NCBI GenBank assembly: GCA_951406725.2
Contig: OX597824.1
Location: forward strand, 23,870,001-23,934,000
Direction: 5' to 3'
From: Octopus vulgaris
Lineage: Eukaryota
DNA: 64,000 nucleotides
Part shown: in pieces, positions 40,236 through 53,973 of the stretch
How the letters are laid out: every line of letters starts with the position of its first letter
Numbering within the stretch: the first letter of the stretch is position 1
Position numbers and translations under genes: made by a program
The notes under the pieces: model-generated
The model's database searches: none
What the model was told of the DNA's origin: nothing
Seen by the model: only the letters and a program-made list of their open reading frames with translations

Positions 40236-40618
40236 GGGCTTCTTTCAGTATCTCTCTACCAAATTCACTGACAAGGCTTTGGTCAGACCAAGTTTATGGC
40301 GAGCTGGCAGAAACGTTAGCACGCTGGGCGAAATACGTAGCAGTTTTTCGTCTGCCGTTACGTCAGTTCAAATTCCGCCGAGGTCGACTTTGCCTTTCAT
40401 CTTTTCGGGGTCGATAAATTAAGTACCAGTTACGCACTGGGGTCGATGTAATCGACTTAATACCTTTGTCTGTCCTTGTTTGTCCCCTCTATGTTTAGCT
40501 CCTTGCGGTTAATAAAGAAATAAGTTTATGGCAGAAGTCATTTGTTCAAGGTGTCTCGTAGAGGGATTGAACCCGAAACGGTGAAGTTGGGAAGGCAGCT
40601 TCTTACTACTCAGCTATG
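40236..40618. mobile_element. SINE B monomer (+, 40298-40521) nested in an antisense SINE A 5' half
   Basis: Direct repeat aagtttatggc at 40290-300 and 40522-32; the A sequence is continuous across it. Confidence 0.88.
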
Positions 40619-40654
40619 TACACACACACACACACACACCTATCTATCTATCTG

Positions 40655-40703
<49 letters not shown>

Positions 40704-41522
40704 ATATATATATATATATATATATACATACGTACATACATACATGTGTAGATATGTCGCACATGCACAAGCACACTCACTTATATATGTATTAATACAT
40801 ACACACATAAAACATACTTGCGTCTGTGTGTGCGCGCGCGCATGTCTGTTTTTACATTCATACTTGTTGTGCGAGCAGTGTGTGTGAATGCTTGTATTTG
40901 TGCGTGCAGTCACATGACTGTCTGCAGCATATATATATCTTACTCTAGATAAACACACCGCCGTCGCTCCACCAAAGCCCGTCAGCATTTTCTCAATTGT
41001 ATGAGATGGCGCTACTATGCATAATTTTGCTAAGTATGTTATTGCTTACAACCAACTGTGTGACTTGGTGCGTCTACGTAAGAGAATGCTCTGAGCGTGT
41101 ATACATGGAATAAACTCTAATTAAATGTAAATATAGAGCTGAAGGTTATTAATGCTAATTTATTTTAAGTCTCCTTTGGGAATACTCAGTGCATATTTGA
41201 AAAAAAAAAAATATCGGTAATTCGAACATTATATCATCGTTTGTGTAATACATTATGGTATTATATCACAGGGGAGTTGTATCGTTCATTGACCTCGCAA
41301 TCGTGTCAACGACCTCACGAATCAACAGAACCCTGCTTACAGAGAGAGTAATAAGCGAAAGCGATATTGTTGATCAGGTTGTTTTGCTGTGAAGTTGTTT
41401 AAAGGTTTGGCTGTTTAACCTAGATCACTCTTGAATGAGCTGATCAAAGGCTATTCCGGCCATGGCTTATCCTATATTACTAAAAATCTCAGACGGCATT
41501 TTTTAAATACTTCTTTCCTTTA

Positions 41523-41579
<57 letters not shown>

Positions 41580-41600
41580 ATCTATCTATCTATCTATCTA

Positions 41601-41636
<36 letters not shown>

Positions 41637-41792
41637 ATAAATTAGAGATAAAACCACTATTATGCAACTCAAACAGTGATAGACATAAACCAAAACATAA
41701 ATAACAAATCATATATATTTTTATAAAACATATAACTAGATCTCAAAAAGTATAAAAATAAATTATCAATATATAATAAGTAACAAGTAATA

Positions 41793-41857
<65 letters not shown>

Positions 41858-42525
41858 CAGTGTTTCTAAAAACAAGGTGGGTATCATGTATTTTTAAAAA
41901 ACTATTATTTAAGTTTTTAGATATGGCTGGGTAGTTAAGACGCTCGCTTCGCCGCCAGGTGGTTTTGAGTTCAGTCCCACTGCACGCGGCCCCTTAGAAA
42001 GATATCTTCTACTATGGACCTGGGCAGACTAATACCTTATGAGTGTATTCGGGGGATGGAAAGTGTGTCGAAACACACTCACACACACACACACATATAT
42101 ATATATATAAATTTCACACACACACACACTACTTATATTTATATTCTCTTTTTTATATATATTCTACTTATTATACAACATTACTCTTTTATGTACACTT
42201 TTTTATGTACATTCCTTTATGTACACTGATTTGTTCTGCTTTTTTATGTTTAACCCTACAGTCTCTTATGTGGTGGTTTAATAAAGTATGTGATTGAGTA
42301 TTATCTGGTAATTGATATTTGATTTAGATGTATTTCTCCATTTTCTTATTTTGTATTAGTAATTTGTGGTAAATCATTTTACCTTTGCCCATATGATACA
42401 GTAAATGAATTGATTGCATCGCAATCCTTAACATTTATGTATTAACTTTGTTGGGTACTTCACTAGCAGTATATTGGATATATGTTATCCCATGGAGGGT
42501 TGCATTTACAACCCCTATCTCAATT

Positions 42526-42560
<35 letters not shown>

Positions 42561-42619
42561 TTTTGTATAACTTCTGGATGAGTTACCTCGGTCCTATATA
42601 GTCTTAACAATAATAATAT

Positions 42620-43008
42620 TGATAATAATAGATATAGCATGCCCAGCTGACAACAAGTTATGCGATAAGGAAGAAAGAAAAGTCGAGAGACATGACAGGT
42701 TAGCTTGGGAAGTTACGCAGCTGTAGTCGATGGAAAAGGTAGCAATAGTACCAATAATTGTTGGATCCATGGGAATAGTGAGCAAAAATCTCGAGAAGTA
42801 CGTGGAACAAATAGGGGCTGCAATAGGGGTGGAGTAGTTGCAGAAAACAGCACTGCTTGGAACCGCTCGAATACTCCGGAAGGTGTTCGAAAAGTAAGAG
42901 GTGTCACCTAAGTTCACCTGTAGTGAATAGCTGACACTGTAGTATATCTCCATCGTTAGAAGCGGTGTAAAGGCAATAAATAATAATAATAATAATGATA
43001 ATAATAAT
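42620..43008 (+). pseudogene. R4/Dong-like (restriction-like endonuclease) non-LTR 3' remnant with (TAA)n tail
   Basis: IDIACPADNK..KEERKVE..VPIIVGSMG..LQKTALLGTARILRKV (two in-frame stops; terminal stop 42895-97). Confidence 0.8.
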
Positions 43009-43164
43009 AGGTGCCATGGGAATGATAGCAAAGGGGGCTGATTGCTACCTAACTCAGATACCAGGAAACCCAAAAATGGCAGAAATTCAAAAGATAGTGC
43101 TCATGGGAACTGCTCATGTCCTACCCAAAATACTTTCTATGTAATCTCAAGTTTTAAAACAAAC

Positions 43165-43222
<58 letters not shown>
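43006..43222 (+). pseudogene. Second R4/Dong-like 3' remnant with (TAA)n tail
   Basis: IGAMGMI..EIQKIVLMGTAHVLPKILSM* (stop 43142-44). Confidence 0.8.
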
Positions 43223-43258
<36 letters not shown>

Positions 43259-43364
43259 AATAATAATGATAGAAAGAATATTAGAGACGTCATGACAATA
43301 TAGCAAGAATTGTCCATTTGACACTTTGCAATAAGTATGGACTTGGCAGAGCAAAAAAAAATGG

Positions 43365-43612
43365 TACTGCTAAGCATTTTGCCCGGTGTGCTAACGATTC
43401 TGTCAGCTGACGACCTTATAACGTTTTCAAATTTTGGCACAAGGCCAGTAATTTTGTAGGAGAAGATAAGTCGATTACATCGACCCCAATGCTCAACTAG
43501 TACTTATTTCAATCGACCCCGAAAGAATGAAAGGCAAAGTCGATCTCGGTTGAATTTGATTGAACTCAGAATGTAAAGACGGACAGTAATGGCGCTAAGC
43601 ATTTCACCGCCT
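43365..43612 (-). mobile_element. SINE B/B' fragments
   Basis: aaattttggcacaaggcc tail, gtcgattacatcgacccc, aaaggcaaagtcga. Confidence 0.75.
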
Positions 43613-43939
43613 TACCATGAAATAAAAATATTAGCAACGAATTCTTCATCTTGTCTGTTTTTTTTTTAAGGCGCCATCTCACGATGACATCACAGAAGAT
43701 TTTCCTGAGGAAAGCAATACATCCATGTACCCCAGGGTCCATTAGTGATATAGATATGACAGGCGTAGGAGTAAGATTTGATCTCGAGTATCGTTTGCCT
43801 ATAAATACAGTTATACATCGCAAACCGTTTCTCATAAACGAGTTCCCCTGTTGCTATTTCTGATTATTATCAAAAATATTGTAAAATGAGCCATTCCGCT
43901 GGGTGACATCTTTTGAAGTCAATTCTGGGCTCCTAATTA

Positions 43940-43955
43940 GGAGTGGTGGTAGTGG

Positions 43956-43986
<31 letters not shown>

Positions 43987-44420
43987 GCTGGTGCTGGTGA
44001 AGATGCTGATGGTGATGTTTGTGATGGTGGTGGTGGCGTTGGTGATGATGTGGTAGTAGCAGTGTCTGCGGTGAAGAGCTTAAGGTTGTGGTGGTTGTGG
44101 TAGCTGTGGTGATGAGGGTAGCGATGGTAGTAGTAGTAGCTGAGATGAAAATGGTGGTGGTGGTGGTGGTGGTGGTATCAGTAATTCTATTGATGATGAT
44201 GATGATGATGATAACGATGTTGATGAAAAAGACTGTGGTGTTGGTGGTGATGGTGATACTGATGAGGAGGCGGAGGAGGGAAAAGGGGATGATTATGGTT
44301 TTGGTGTTGGTGAAGATGACGACGACGACGACGACGATGATGATGAGAGTGGTGGTGGTGGTGGTAGTAGTTTTGGTGGATACGGCAGCGGTGATAGTGG
44401 TGATGGTAGTGGTGGTTTCA
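43940..44420. repeat. (GGT/GAT)n low-complexity field
   Basis: Seen directly. Confidence 0.9.
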
Positions 44421-44939
44421 ACAGTCAGACGAAGAAGTGTAGAGACGACATATGTTATGCAATCATTTCAGGATCCGAAATCAATTTCTACCCGGTGAAC
44501 TTTTTCCCCGTCCACATCAACCACCTCCTCGTAATCACTTCCAAACAACACCCACTTCTAAGCAAATAAATGTTTAAATGAAGTTCACAGATTTTGAATG
44601 TCTAATATTTATCTTCCACGGTGTTATAGCTATGATTTCAACGCTCAGTCACTCACAAAATCACTTACATCGTACAGTTCCGAAAACACTTCCCTTCATT
44701 CTTTATTAAACTCTTGCATTTACAAATTATGTGGTGAGATTGCAGGCGTGGGTAGGCGCAAGCGCGGATGGCGCAGGCATGGCTGTGTGGTAAGAAGGTT
44801 GCTTCGTAATTATGTGGTCTTGAGTTCAATTCTGTTGCGTGGCACCTTGAGGAAACCTCTTTTACTATAGCCTTGGATATACTAAACTCTTGTCAGTGGA
44901 GTTGGTGGGCGGAAATTGAAGAAGTTTATCGCAAGGGGA

Positions 44940-45520
44940 TTAGTATATCGCAAAGCCGTATCATAGTACAGCGAAGATATCATAGTATAGCGTACAGACA
45001 CATCATAATACAGTGTAGAAAGTTTTCATAGTGAAGCGTTGAGAGCCACCATAGTATAGCGGGAAAAAACATAATAATATAGCGTAGAGAGCTATCATAG
45101 TATAACGTAGAAAACCATACTAATATAGCGTAGAGAGCCATCATAGAATAACATAGAAAGACATAATAATATAGAGTATAGAACCATCATAGTATAGCGT
45201 AGCAAACCATAATAATAGAGCGTAGAGAGCAATCATATTATACAGTAGAAAGCCATAATATTATAGGGTTGAGAGCAAGCCTAGTATAGTGTAGAAAGCC
45301 ATCATAGTATAGCGTAGAAAGCCATCATAGTAAAGCGTAGAAAGCCGATATAGTACGGCGTAGAAAAGAATCATAGTACAGTGTAGGGAGCCATCATAAT
45401 TTAACGTAGAAAGCCATAGATATATATAGAGTAGAAAGCCATCATAGTAGAGCATAGAAAACCATGAAAGTATAGTGTAGAGAGCCATGATAGCATGGCG
45501 TACAGAGCAATCTTAGTATA
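44940..45520. repeat. Minisatellite, ~23-bp unit (atcatagtatagcgtagaaagcc), about 25 degenerate copies
   Basis: Unit is visible directly. Confidence 0.85.
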
Positions 45521-45970
45521 TCTTAAAGAAGCGATACAATTGGGTGTAAAGAGCAGTTATTGTACTGTGTATGGAAATATTAATACGCAGTATATAACAC
45601 TATATTAAGGGCATTAAAACACGATAGTGTTTGTTGTTGTTGTTGATGTTGCTTAACCATAAGTCAGCTATTACGAAGCACGTTTAGGATCAAATGGCAT
45701 GCAACTCATGCCTGTTTGTTTAATTTTGTTCATATTTGCTTCTTTCCTTAGGTACCATTTAATTCTCAGTTCAAATTATCCTGTTGTTTCATCATTTATA
45801 TTCTACTTCATTCAGTCATTGGACTGCAACCATACTGGGGCACCGCCTTGAAATCGATCCCGGTACTTATTTTCTTCTTTAAGGTTGATACTTGTGCTAT
45901 TCTTCTCTTTAGTGGAACTGCTGTCAAGTGCAGTAATTGATAGGTACAAAGGAAAATCACCCCGTCCTCC

Positions 45971-46045
<75 letters not shown>

Positions 46046-46113
46046 TGACCGCGTGGGTATCGTTGGCGATTTTCTCTCTCCGTCTTCCCTTCCTTGAACC
46101 TTTCCTTTTTATA

Positions 46114-46149
46114 TGCTACTGACGAAGAGCTCCGCTCGAAACGTTAAAT
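46114..46149 (+). ncRNA. Minimal hammerhead motif with canonical core
   Basis: CTGACGA-a-gagc tcc gctc-GAAAC-GTT; stem I is imperfect. Confidence 0.55.
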
Positions 46150-46241
46150 CCTCCTTTCTTTCCTTTCCTGAGCGTCCAATAACACTATACTTGCTGAACG
46201 TTCTCGCGTTGTTGTGTTTTCTCTTTGTTCATGTTTGGATT

Positions 46242-46329
<88 letters not shown>

Positions 46330-46330
<1 letters not shown>

Positions 46331-46900
46331 CTAGGACACTAATGTTCGCCAAATTCCACTGAGTGAACATATAGAAACATCTGCTAGGAAGTGCTTGTAA
46401 TTTTTCCTTTCTACAAACTCCATGACACAAGTGAAACTGGAAGAAAGATAAAAAAAACGGTTTATTAAAATGTTCAAACCTGTTATGAACGGAAATAACA
46501 ATAATATAACAACCAGTTAATGATGTAGGTTAAAAAATATCTTTAACATATGAATATAAGCAAATTACAGAAAACATCCACCAATTGAAATACGATGGAA
46601 ACCAACTAAATTTGCTCACTCATAAAACCATTACATATAAACCGCAAGTTAATTGGTTAAAATAAAGGCGGGATCTATGCCAGTAATATCGGTACGCCCG
46701 ACAAACCGTGGCCTTTAAGTTGCGTGCGGATTGGTCAAAACCGTTTCCAAAAATGTAGCTTGTTGGAGCCTTCTAAGAGGTACAAAAAGGAAGAAGTCAG
46801 TCATTTTAATACAGTTGTCAAGAACTCAACTGTTGGTTAAATACATTTTAAAATCTGATGATTACTACGAACGTATGAAAGCGGTAATTGAACTTTATGA
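46330..46900 (+). mobile_element. Penelope-like element 3' remnant (GIY-YIG C-terminus, 3' region, hammerhead-like motif ~46850-46890)
   Basis: RQIPLSEHIE..IFPFYKL..RKIK..FIKMFKPVMN; CTGATGA-ttac..gtat-GAAA. Confidence 0.6.
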
Positions 46901-47052
46901 ACATTAAAAGATATTTTTTAATGTTTAGCACACTTCAACACTGCAAAAAAAATATTTTTTTAAATATCAATATAAAAAACGTGAAAACCAGACCATGTTT
47001 TACCTTTATTCAACTGGTATATCATTCTATACTCATTTTTTACAAATTCGGA

Positions 47053-47088
<36 letters not shown>

Positions 47089-47180
47089 GTATGTGTGTGT
47101 GTGTATCTATATCTATATATCTATATATATATCTATATATATAGATATATATAAATGTACGGCGGACTTTCACTGTTTAC

Positions 47181-47550
47181 AAGGCTATGAACTGGCAGGA
47201 TTGTTAGCATGCCGGGCGAAATGCTTAGCGGTATTTCGCCTGTCTTTACGTTCTGGGTTCAAATTCCGCTGAGGTCGACTTTGTCTTTCATTCTTTCAGG
47301 GTCGATAAATTAAGTACCAGTTGCTCACTGGGGGCGATCTAATCGACAGGCCTCCTTCCGCCAAATTTCAAGCCTTGAGCTTATAGTAGAAAGGACTTTC
47401 ATTGTTTCCTTTCCGTCTACCAAATTCATTCACAAGGCATTGGTCAGCCTAGGGGCTATAGTAGAAAGCACTCTCCCAAGGAGCCGCACAGTGAACCGAA
47501 CTCAAAACCACATACCTGCAAAGCGAACTTGTTAACCACACAACCATGCC
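47181..47550. mobile_element. SINE B' (+, 47181-47395) followed by a SINE A 5' half (-, 47400-47550)
   Basis: B head and body with tail aaatttcaagccttg..tagtagaaagga. Confidence 0.8.
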
Positions 47551-47841
47551 AGTGAACAATTCCTAAAATAAATAAGCAGGCATTTAAGACAGAATTGTGG
47601 TGCCTGCTATTTCTAGCATATCAAACGACCATATAGAGAGATCCTCGTAGGTTCGTTAATGTGATGAGAGAATACACTTGCAGGATAAGAAAATCGGTAT
47701 GTTGCAGAATAGCGACATTGACAGGGGATTAAGTGGAAGAATATTCGCCCTGGATTTTCTAGAATGCGAAGAGCTGAAACGGCGGGAATTGCATAACAAG
47801 ATTCTTCATTCCATCAGCGAACAAAGAGCTGTATGTATAGT

Positions 47842-47879
<38 letters not shown>

Positions 47880-48138
47880 AGAGTGAGAGTATACGCGCGC
47901 GAATGTGTTTGTATGTATGTATGTATGTTGCCTTTGAGTGAAAGCGTGCATGTGCGGTTGTATATACATATGTAGAAAATCGATATATATATGTATAATT
48001 GTAATTATATCTTTTAATAATTGTATACTTAAAAATTAATTTTACCGATATGGTGGTGTTTTATACGCTAGCCACTGATATAGTCATTTTAATGAGTGTA
48101 TTTTTTATTTATACGTGTGTGTATATATATATATATAT

Positions 48139-48452
<314 letters not shown>

Positions 48453-48465
48453 GCCACCCCTGCAC

Positions 48466-48552
<87 letters not shown>

Positions 48553-48553
<1 letters not shown>

Positions 48554-50097
48554 CACCATGCGCATGGTTTTTTTAATGTTGTTGACTACATAGTATAGAA
48601 GGGTCAGTTGGGCACACGCAATTCCCTCTGCTAGAAATTTGGAAATGGTGATGGTGATGGTGATGGTGATGGTGGTGGTGGTGGTGGTGGTGGTGGTGGT
48701 GGTGGTGGTGGTGGTGGAAGTCCCAATACTTCAGAGTGTTTGGATGTTAATCTGAAGAGAGCACAGAGGATTCGAAAAGAGTTGGATGAGTCTAAAGGTG
48801 ATTACGAAGGTACGGCAGCTCAGAAAACTCATTCTGATCATTGTAATAAGAATACATCCAATTAGAAAAGATCCAGGCCATGATTGAAAACGATCCCTCC
48901 AAGTCAATCAGGTCCATCCCCAGGGATATGGAAGTGTCTTACTTATCAGGCAGGTATTGCATGAAAACATTCGGTATTCCTCATACAAGATGACAGACGG
49001 TCAGTTTTTATCCCAAGCCATCAAGGACAGGAAAGACCGCGCTACGAATCTTTTGAAGAAACTCACGCATCCCCTCCAACTGAACATACACTGGTTTTGG
49101 GGGGTTTTTTTCAAACGAGAAACGTTTCAGCACATGGTGAACATTACATTAAAATATCTTCAAATACCAAAAAGTAAATTTATTCAATAAAATCACCATT
49201 GGCTTCAACCACGGTCTCCAGACGACTTCGGAATCTCCTGCAACTCTTCTGAACGGTCTCCTTGCTTAAGTTGGTGAATGCTGTCATAATCCTTGTCTTC
49301 AGTTGATCTTTGGTGTTACAAGCGGCCCTGGGTCAAGAGGGTGGCTGCTGGAAGACCCTATGTCTGGCAACAGGACTCTACACCATGCGAAAAAAACAGA
49401 ACACAGTTATGACTGCCAGATATTTTCAGCACATGGTGAACAAACAGAACAACCATTGACTTGTTGTGTACCCAAAACATGTGCCTAGAGTGATAAAAAT
49501 CAAACATCAATATCATGGTGTTTGGAATGATCGCTAGTGATGGCGACGTTATGCATTCATTTATCTTCCCACACGGCCACAGACTCAACGCGGAGGCCAA
49601 TACGAGTGCCTGGAGGAGGTAGTGCGGCCCTGGGTCAAGAGGGTGGCTGCCGGAAGACCCTATATCTGGCAACAGGACTCTACACCATGCGAAAAAAAAC
49701 AGAACACAGTTATGACTGCCAGATATTTTCTGTGACCACACCACCCCTAAAACCTGGCCATCTAAATGTCCAAACTGCGACTCCTTTGATTATTATATGT
49801 GAAGCGCAGTTGAGCGAGAGACCAACGAAACTGCTTGTAATACCAAAGATCAACTGAAGACAAGGATTATGACAGCATTCACCAACTTAAGCAAGGAGAC
49901 TGTCCAGAAGAGTTGCAGGAGATTCCGAAGTCGTCTGGAGGTAGTGGTTGAAGCCAATGGTGATTTTATTGAATAAATTTACTTTTTGATATTTGAAGAT
50001 ATTTCAATGTAATTTTGGTAAATATTTCTATTACAACGAAATGTCAGTGTTATTTTCATTTTTGCGTAATTTAGACGACAATTTATTCACCGCACCC

Positions 50098-50099
<2 letters not shown>
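48553..50099 (+). mobile_element. Fossil Tc1/mariner transposon (probably DD37D/maT-like), rearranged
   Basis: Frameshifted IENDPSKSIRSI.., IMVFGMIASDG, RPYIWQQDS, SFDYY, CRRFRSRLEVVVEANGDFIE*; right TIR ..atttattcaccgcaccct followed by TA. Confidence 0.85.
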
Positions 50100-50164
<65 letters not shown>

Positions 50165-50685
50165 AATCTCTGAACGAGGTATAAACAGTAACTGCACGAC
50201 AATGTGAGGTATACTTGCCATCTCAATATGTTCTCCTGGGGCTACAAGCTACAGTAACACCCACCCTTAATGGTTAGCCATATTGAGATGGCAAGTATAA
50301 CTCACATTATATATATATATGTATATGTATGTATGTATGTATGTATATATGTATATATATATATGTATGTATATATGAATATATAATTTATATATACATG
50401 TGTGTGTTTGTGTGTGTGTGTCTATATGTATGTGTGTGCGCGTGTTATATACATATATTTATAAGTACAACAACGCATATGCACGCATATATCCATTACA
50501 CACTCATTTACATATGTACGTTAGCATATGTGTGCGCGAGCGCGCGTCTGCTTACATACAGACATACAGACATATGCATGTGCTCGATGTGTTAGCTGTG
50601 TCTGTACAAAGCTCTATAATGATACAGATCAATATACAAGTATCACACACCACACATACACACACACACAACACACACACACACA

Positions 50686-50739
<54 letters not shown>

Positions 50740-50991
50740 GGATGGACATACTGTATAACTACACATATAATTAACTTCAAAGTTCGTGCTTCAATCTATT
50801 TTCTCAATATTTCTAGCTTTGGTAAGTTTATGTAACCTATAGATTTTGTAATCGCATCATTTGCCAATGTTATGTAATCATTGCTATTACATAAACTGAT
50901 GTTTATAGAATAAGACATCAAGGTGTATTTTAATTTGCGTGTTAAGAAGTATTAGGTACATCCGTCTTTCAATCGCCCAGCCTATTTATTC

Positions 50992-51061
<70 letters not shown>

Positions 51062-51115
51062 ATATCTATCTGTCTGTCTGTCTGTTTGTCTATCTATCTA
51101 TCTATCTATCTATCC

Positions 51116-51171
<56 letters not shown>

Positions 51172-51203
51172 GTGTGTGTATATATATATATATATATATC
51201 TAT

Positions 51204-51271
<68 letters not shown>

Positions 51272-51277
<6 letters not shown>

Positions 51278-51495
51278 TTAATTGTTTCAGTCATTTGACT
51301 GCGGCCATGCTGGAGCACAGCCTTTAGTCGAGCAAATCGATCCCAGGACTTATTTTTTGTTAGCCTAGTACTTATTCTATCGGTCTCTTTTACCGAACCG
51401 CTAAGTTACGGGGACGTAAACACACCAGCATCAGTTGTCAAGCGATGTTGGGGGTGACAAACACAGACACACAAATATATACACACACACATATA

Positions 51496-51537
<42 letters not shown>

Positions 51538-51800
51538 TACATATATGTATGTTGTGAGCGAGTGTATATCTTATCTTTTAGTTGTTTCAGTCATTGGATT
51601 GCGGCCATACTAGGGCACTACCTTGCGTAATTTTTGTCGAATGAATCGACCCCAGTTCATATTCTTACCTTCCTCTATTTTTCATTCTCTATTTATTTTA
51701 ATGTTTTATTTTCAGCTAGTTTTCTTTTAGCCTGGTTTTTACTGAACCGCTAAGTTACGGGGACGTAAACGCACCAACATCGGTTTTCAGGTGGTGATAG
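51272..51800 (-). mobile_element. Two SINE A 3' halves (51272-51480, 51570-51800)
   Basis: ttgtttcagtcatt.gactgcggccat.. Confidence 0.8.
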
Positions 51801-52053
51801 AGGAGAAATATATACACAAACATATACGCACACACATACATTATATATAAATATATATATACAGGGAGAGTTTACGAAAAAAACAAAAGACGAAGACAGG
51901 TGGTATACAAAACAAACAGATGTATTAGTATAACGCTCAGGAATAGAAAAAGTCTTTTAAGTTTCCAGCCTACGCTCTTCTACAGAAAGGGACACATAAA
52001 AAAGGAGAGAAACAAGGAGAGAAGAAAATGTGTATAATGGCTAACGATCTATG

Positions 52054-52130
<77 letters not shown>

Positions 52131-52227
52131 CAAGTAAATTCATTTAAATTAACTTGAATATTGCTTTTTGTATATATATATTTATATATATATACATATG
52201 TATATATGTATGTATGTATGTATGTAT

Positions 52228-52279
<52 letters not shown>

Positions 52280-52487
52280 TAGAGAGAGAGAGGGGGAGAG
52301 AGGGTGAGGGAGACAGATGCAAAAATCACAAAATATCTGCTACTCAGAGTTTCACACTCCCATTCGTCGGGCAGTTGCGGTACAGAATCATGGTTTTGCA
52401 GCATTGATAATAAAAGCATAGTACTCTACCTTCGATATTCGAGTACTATTTTCCCCACCATATTTTGCATTTATGTGCTTCCTCGCG

Positions 52488-52528
<41 letters not shown>

Positions 52529-52704
52529 CACTTATACATACACTTATACACACAAACGCACATAATGACCATTTTCAAACCCTCCTGTCCCAGAAAGCAC
52601 TTTTTCTGTAGTCCTTCTACATCTGGTCACTTCAAAAATGTAACCGCACGTGATTGTTGGCGAATTTTTTTTCCTCCTTTTTCGTGGTCTTTTTTGTTTT
52701 TCCT

Positions 52705-52739
52705 GTTTCCGAAGAAGAGCTATGCTCGAAACGTAAAAC
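52705..52739 (+). ncRNA. Minimal hammerhead-like motif (CCGAAGA core variant)
   Basis: gttt-CCGAAGA-a-gagc tat gctc-GAAAC-GTA-aaac. Confidence 0.55.
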
Positions 52740-52941
52740 TACTACTCTTTTCCTTCTCTGAGGTAATTATTATTAATACATTGTTTGTGCTACGTCCATA
52801 CGTTCGTTTGTGTTTTCTTTTTCTTTTTGTTTGTGTTATTTTGAATTGACTGTATAGATTGATAAATATGTATATAGATAGATAAATAGATAGATAGATC
52901 GATAAATAGATAGATAGATGGATAGATAGATAGATAGATAT

Positions 52942-52992
<51 letters not shown>

Positions 52993-53090
52993 TTAAATCC
53001 ATAAATTTTGCAAAGTGACTCAAGACGCGAGAAGTTCGTGTACATATATACACATACATACATACATATACACATATATAAATATATATG

Positions 53091-53123
<33 letters not shown>

Positions 53124-53127
53124 TTAC

Positions 53128-53290
<163 letters not shown>

Positions 53291-53824
53291 TATTAATGGC
53301 AATGTGTTGCGTGTATAGATTACGTGATTTCTTAAGAGAATGAGATAAGATTTGGCCATGGAAGAAGCAATAGAAATGGAGAGATGAGCAGAGAAAGAGA
53401 GTCGGAGACAGAGGAAGAGATTGAGAAAGAGAAAGAAAGAGAGAGTAAAGGAGAGAGGGAGAGACAGAGGAAGAGATTGGGAAAGAGAAAGAAAGAGAGA
53501 GTAAAGGAGAGAGGGAGACAGAGATAGGGAAGATACGGGTGAAAGATGAAGAGAGACAAAGAGAGAGATGGACAGACAGGCCTACAGACAGCATATCTGT
53601 CTTCGTACGCGCGAGTGTGTGCGCGTGTGTGTGTGTGTGTGCGTGTGTATGTGTGTGTATGTGTGTGTGTGCGTGTGTATGTGTGTGCGTGTGTATGTGT
53701 GTGCGTGTGTGTCTGTTTCAGACGGAACTAAAATATTGTTTACACACGAAGCGACATATTTATTTACTAACCCGGAGGCGTAAAATATAAATATGATGTT
53801 GTCCTTCCTCGTTGTTGTAGAAAT

Positions 53825-53938
53825 CATTGGCGGCGGCGGCGGCTGTGGTAGTGGTGACGCTAGTGGTGGTGGTGATGGTGGTGCTGCTGCTGTTTCTGCT
53901 GCCGCAACTGTTGCTGCTGCTGTTGTGGATCTTAGCAT

Positions 53939-53973
<35 letters not shown>

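Noticed and set aside
47684-47830. Possible host exon (ttgcag|GATAAG..AGAGCT|gtatgt, 49 open codons)
   Set aside because: The peptide is unrecognised, the polypyrimidine tract is weak, and I found no partner exons.
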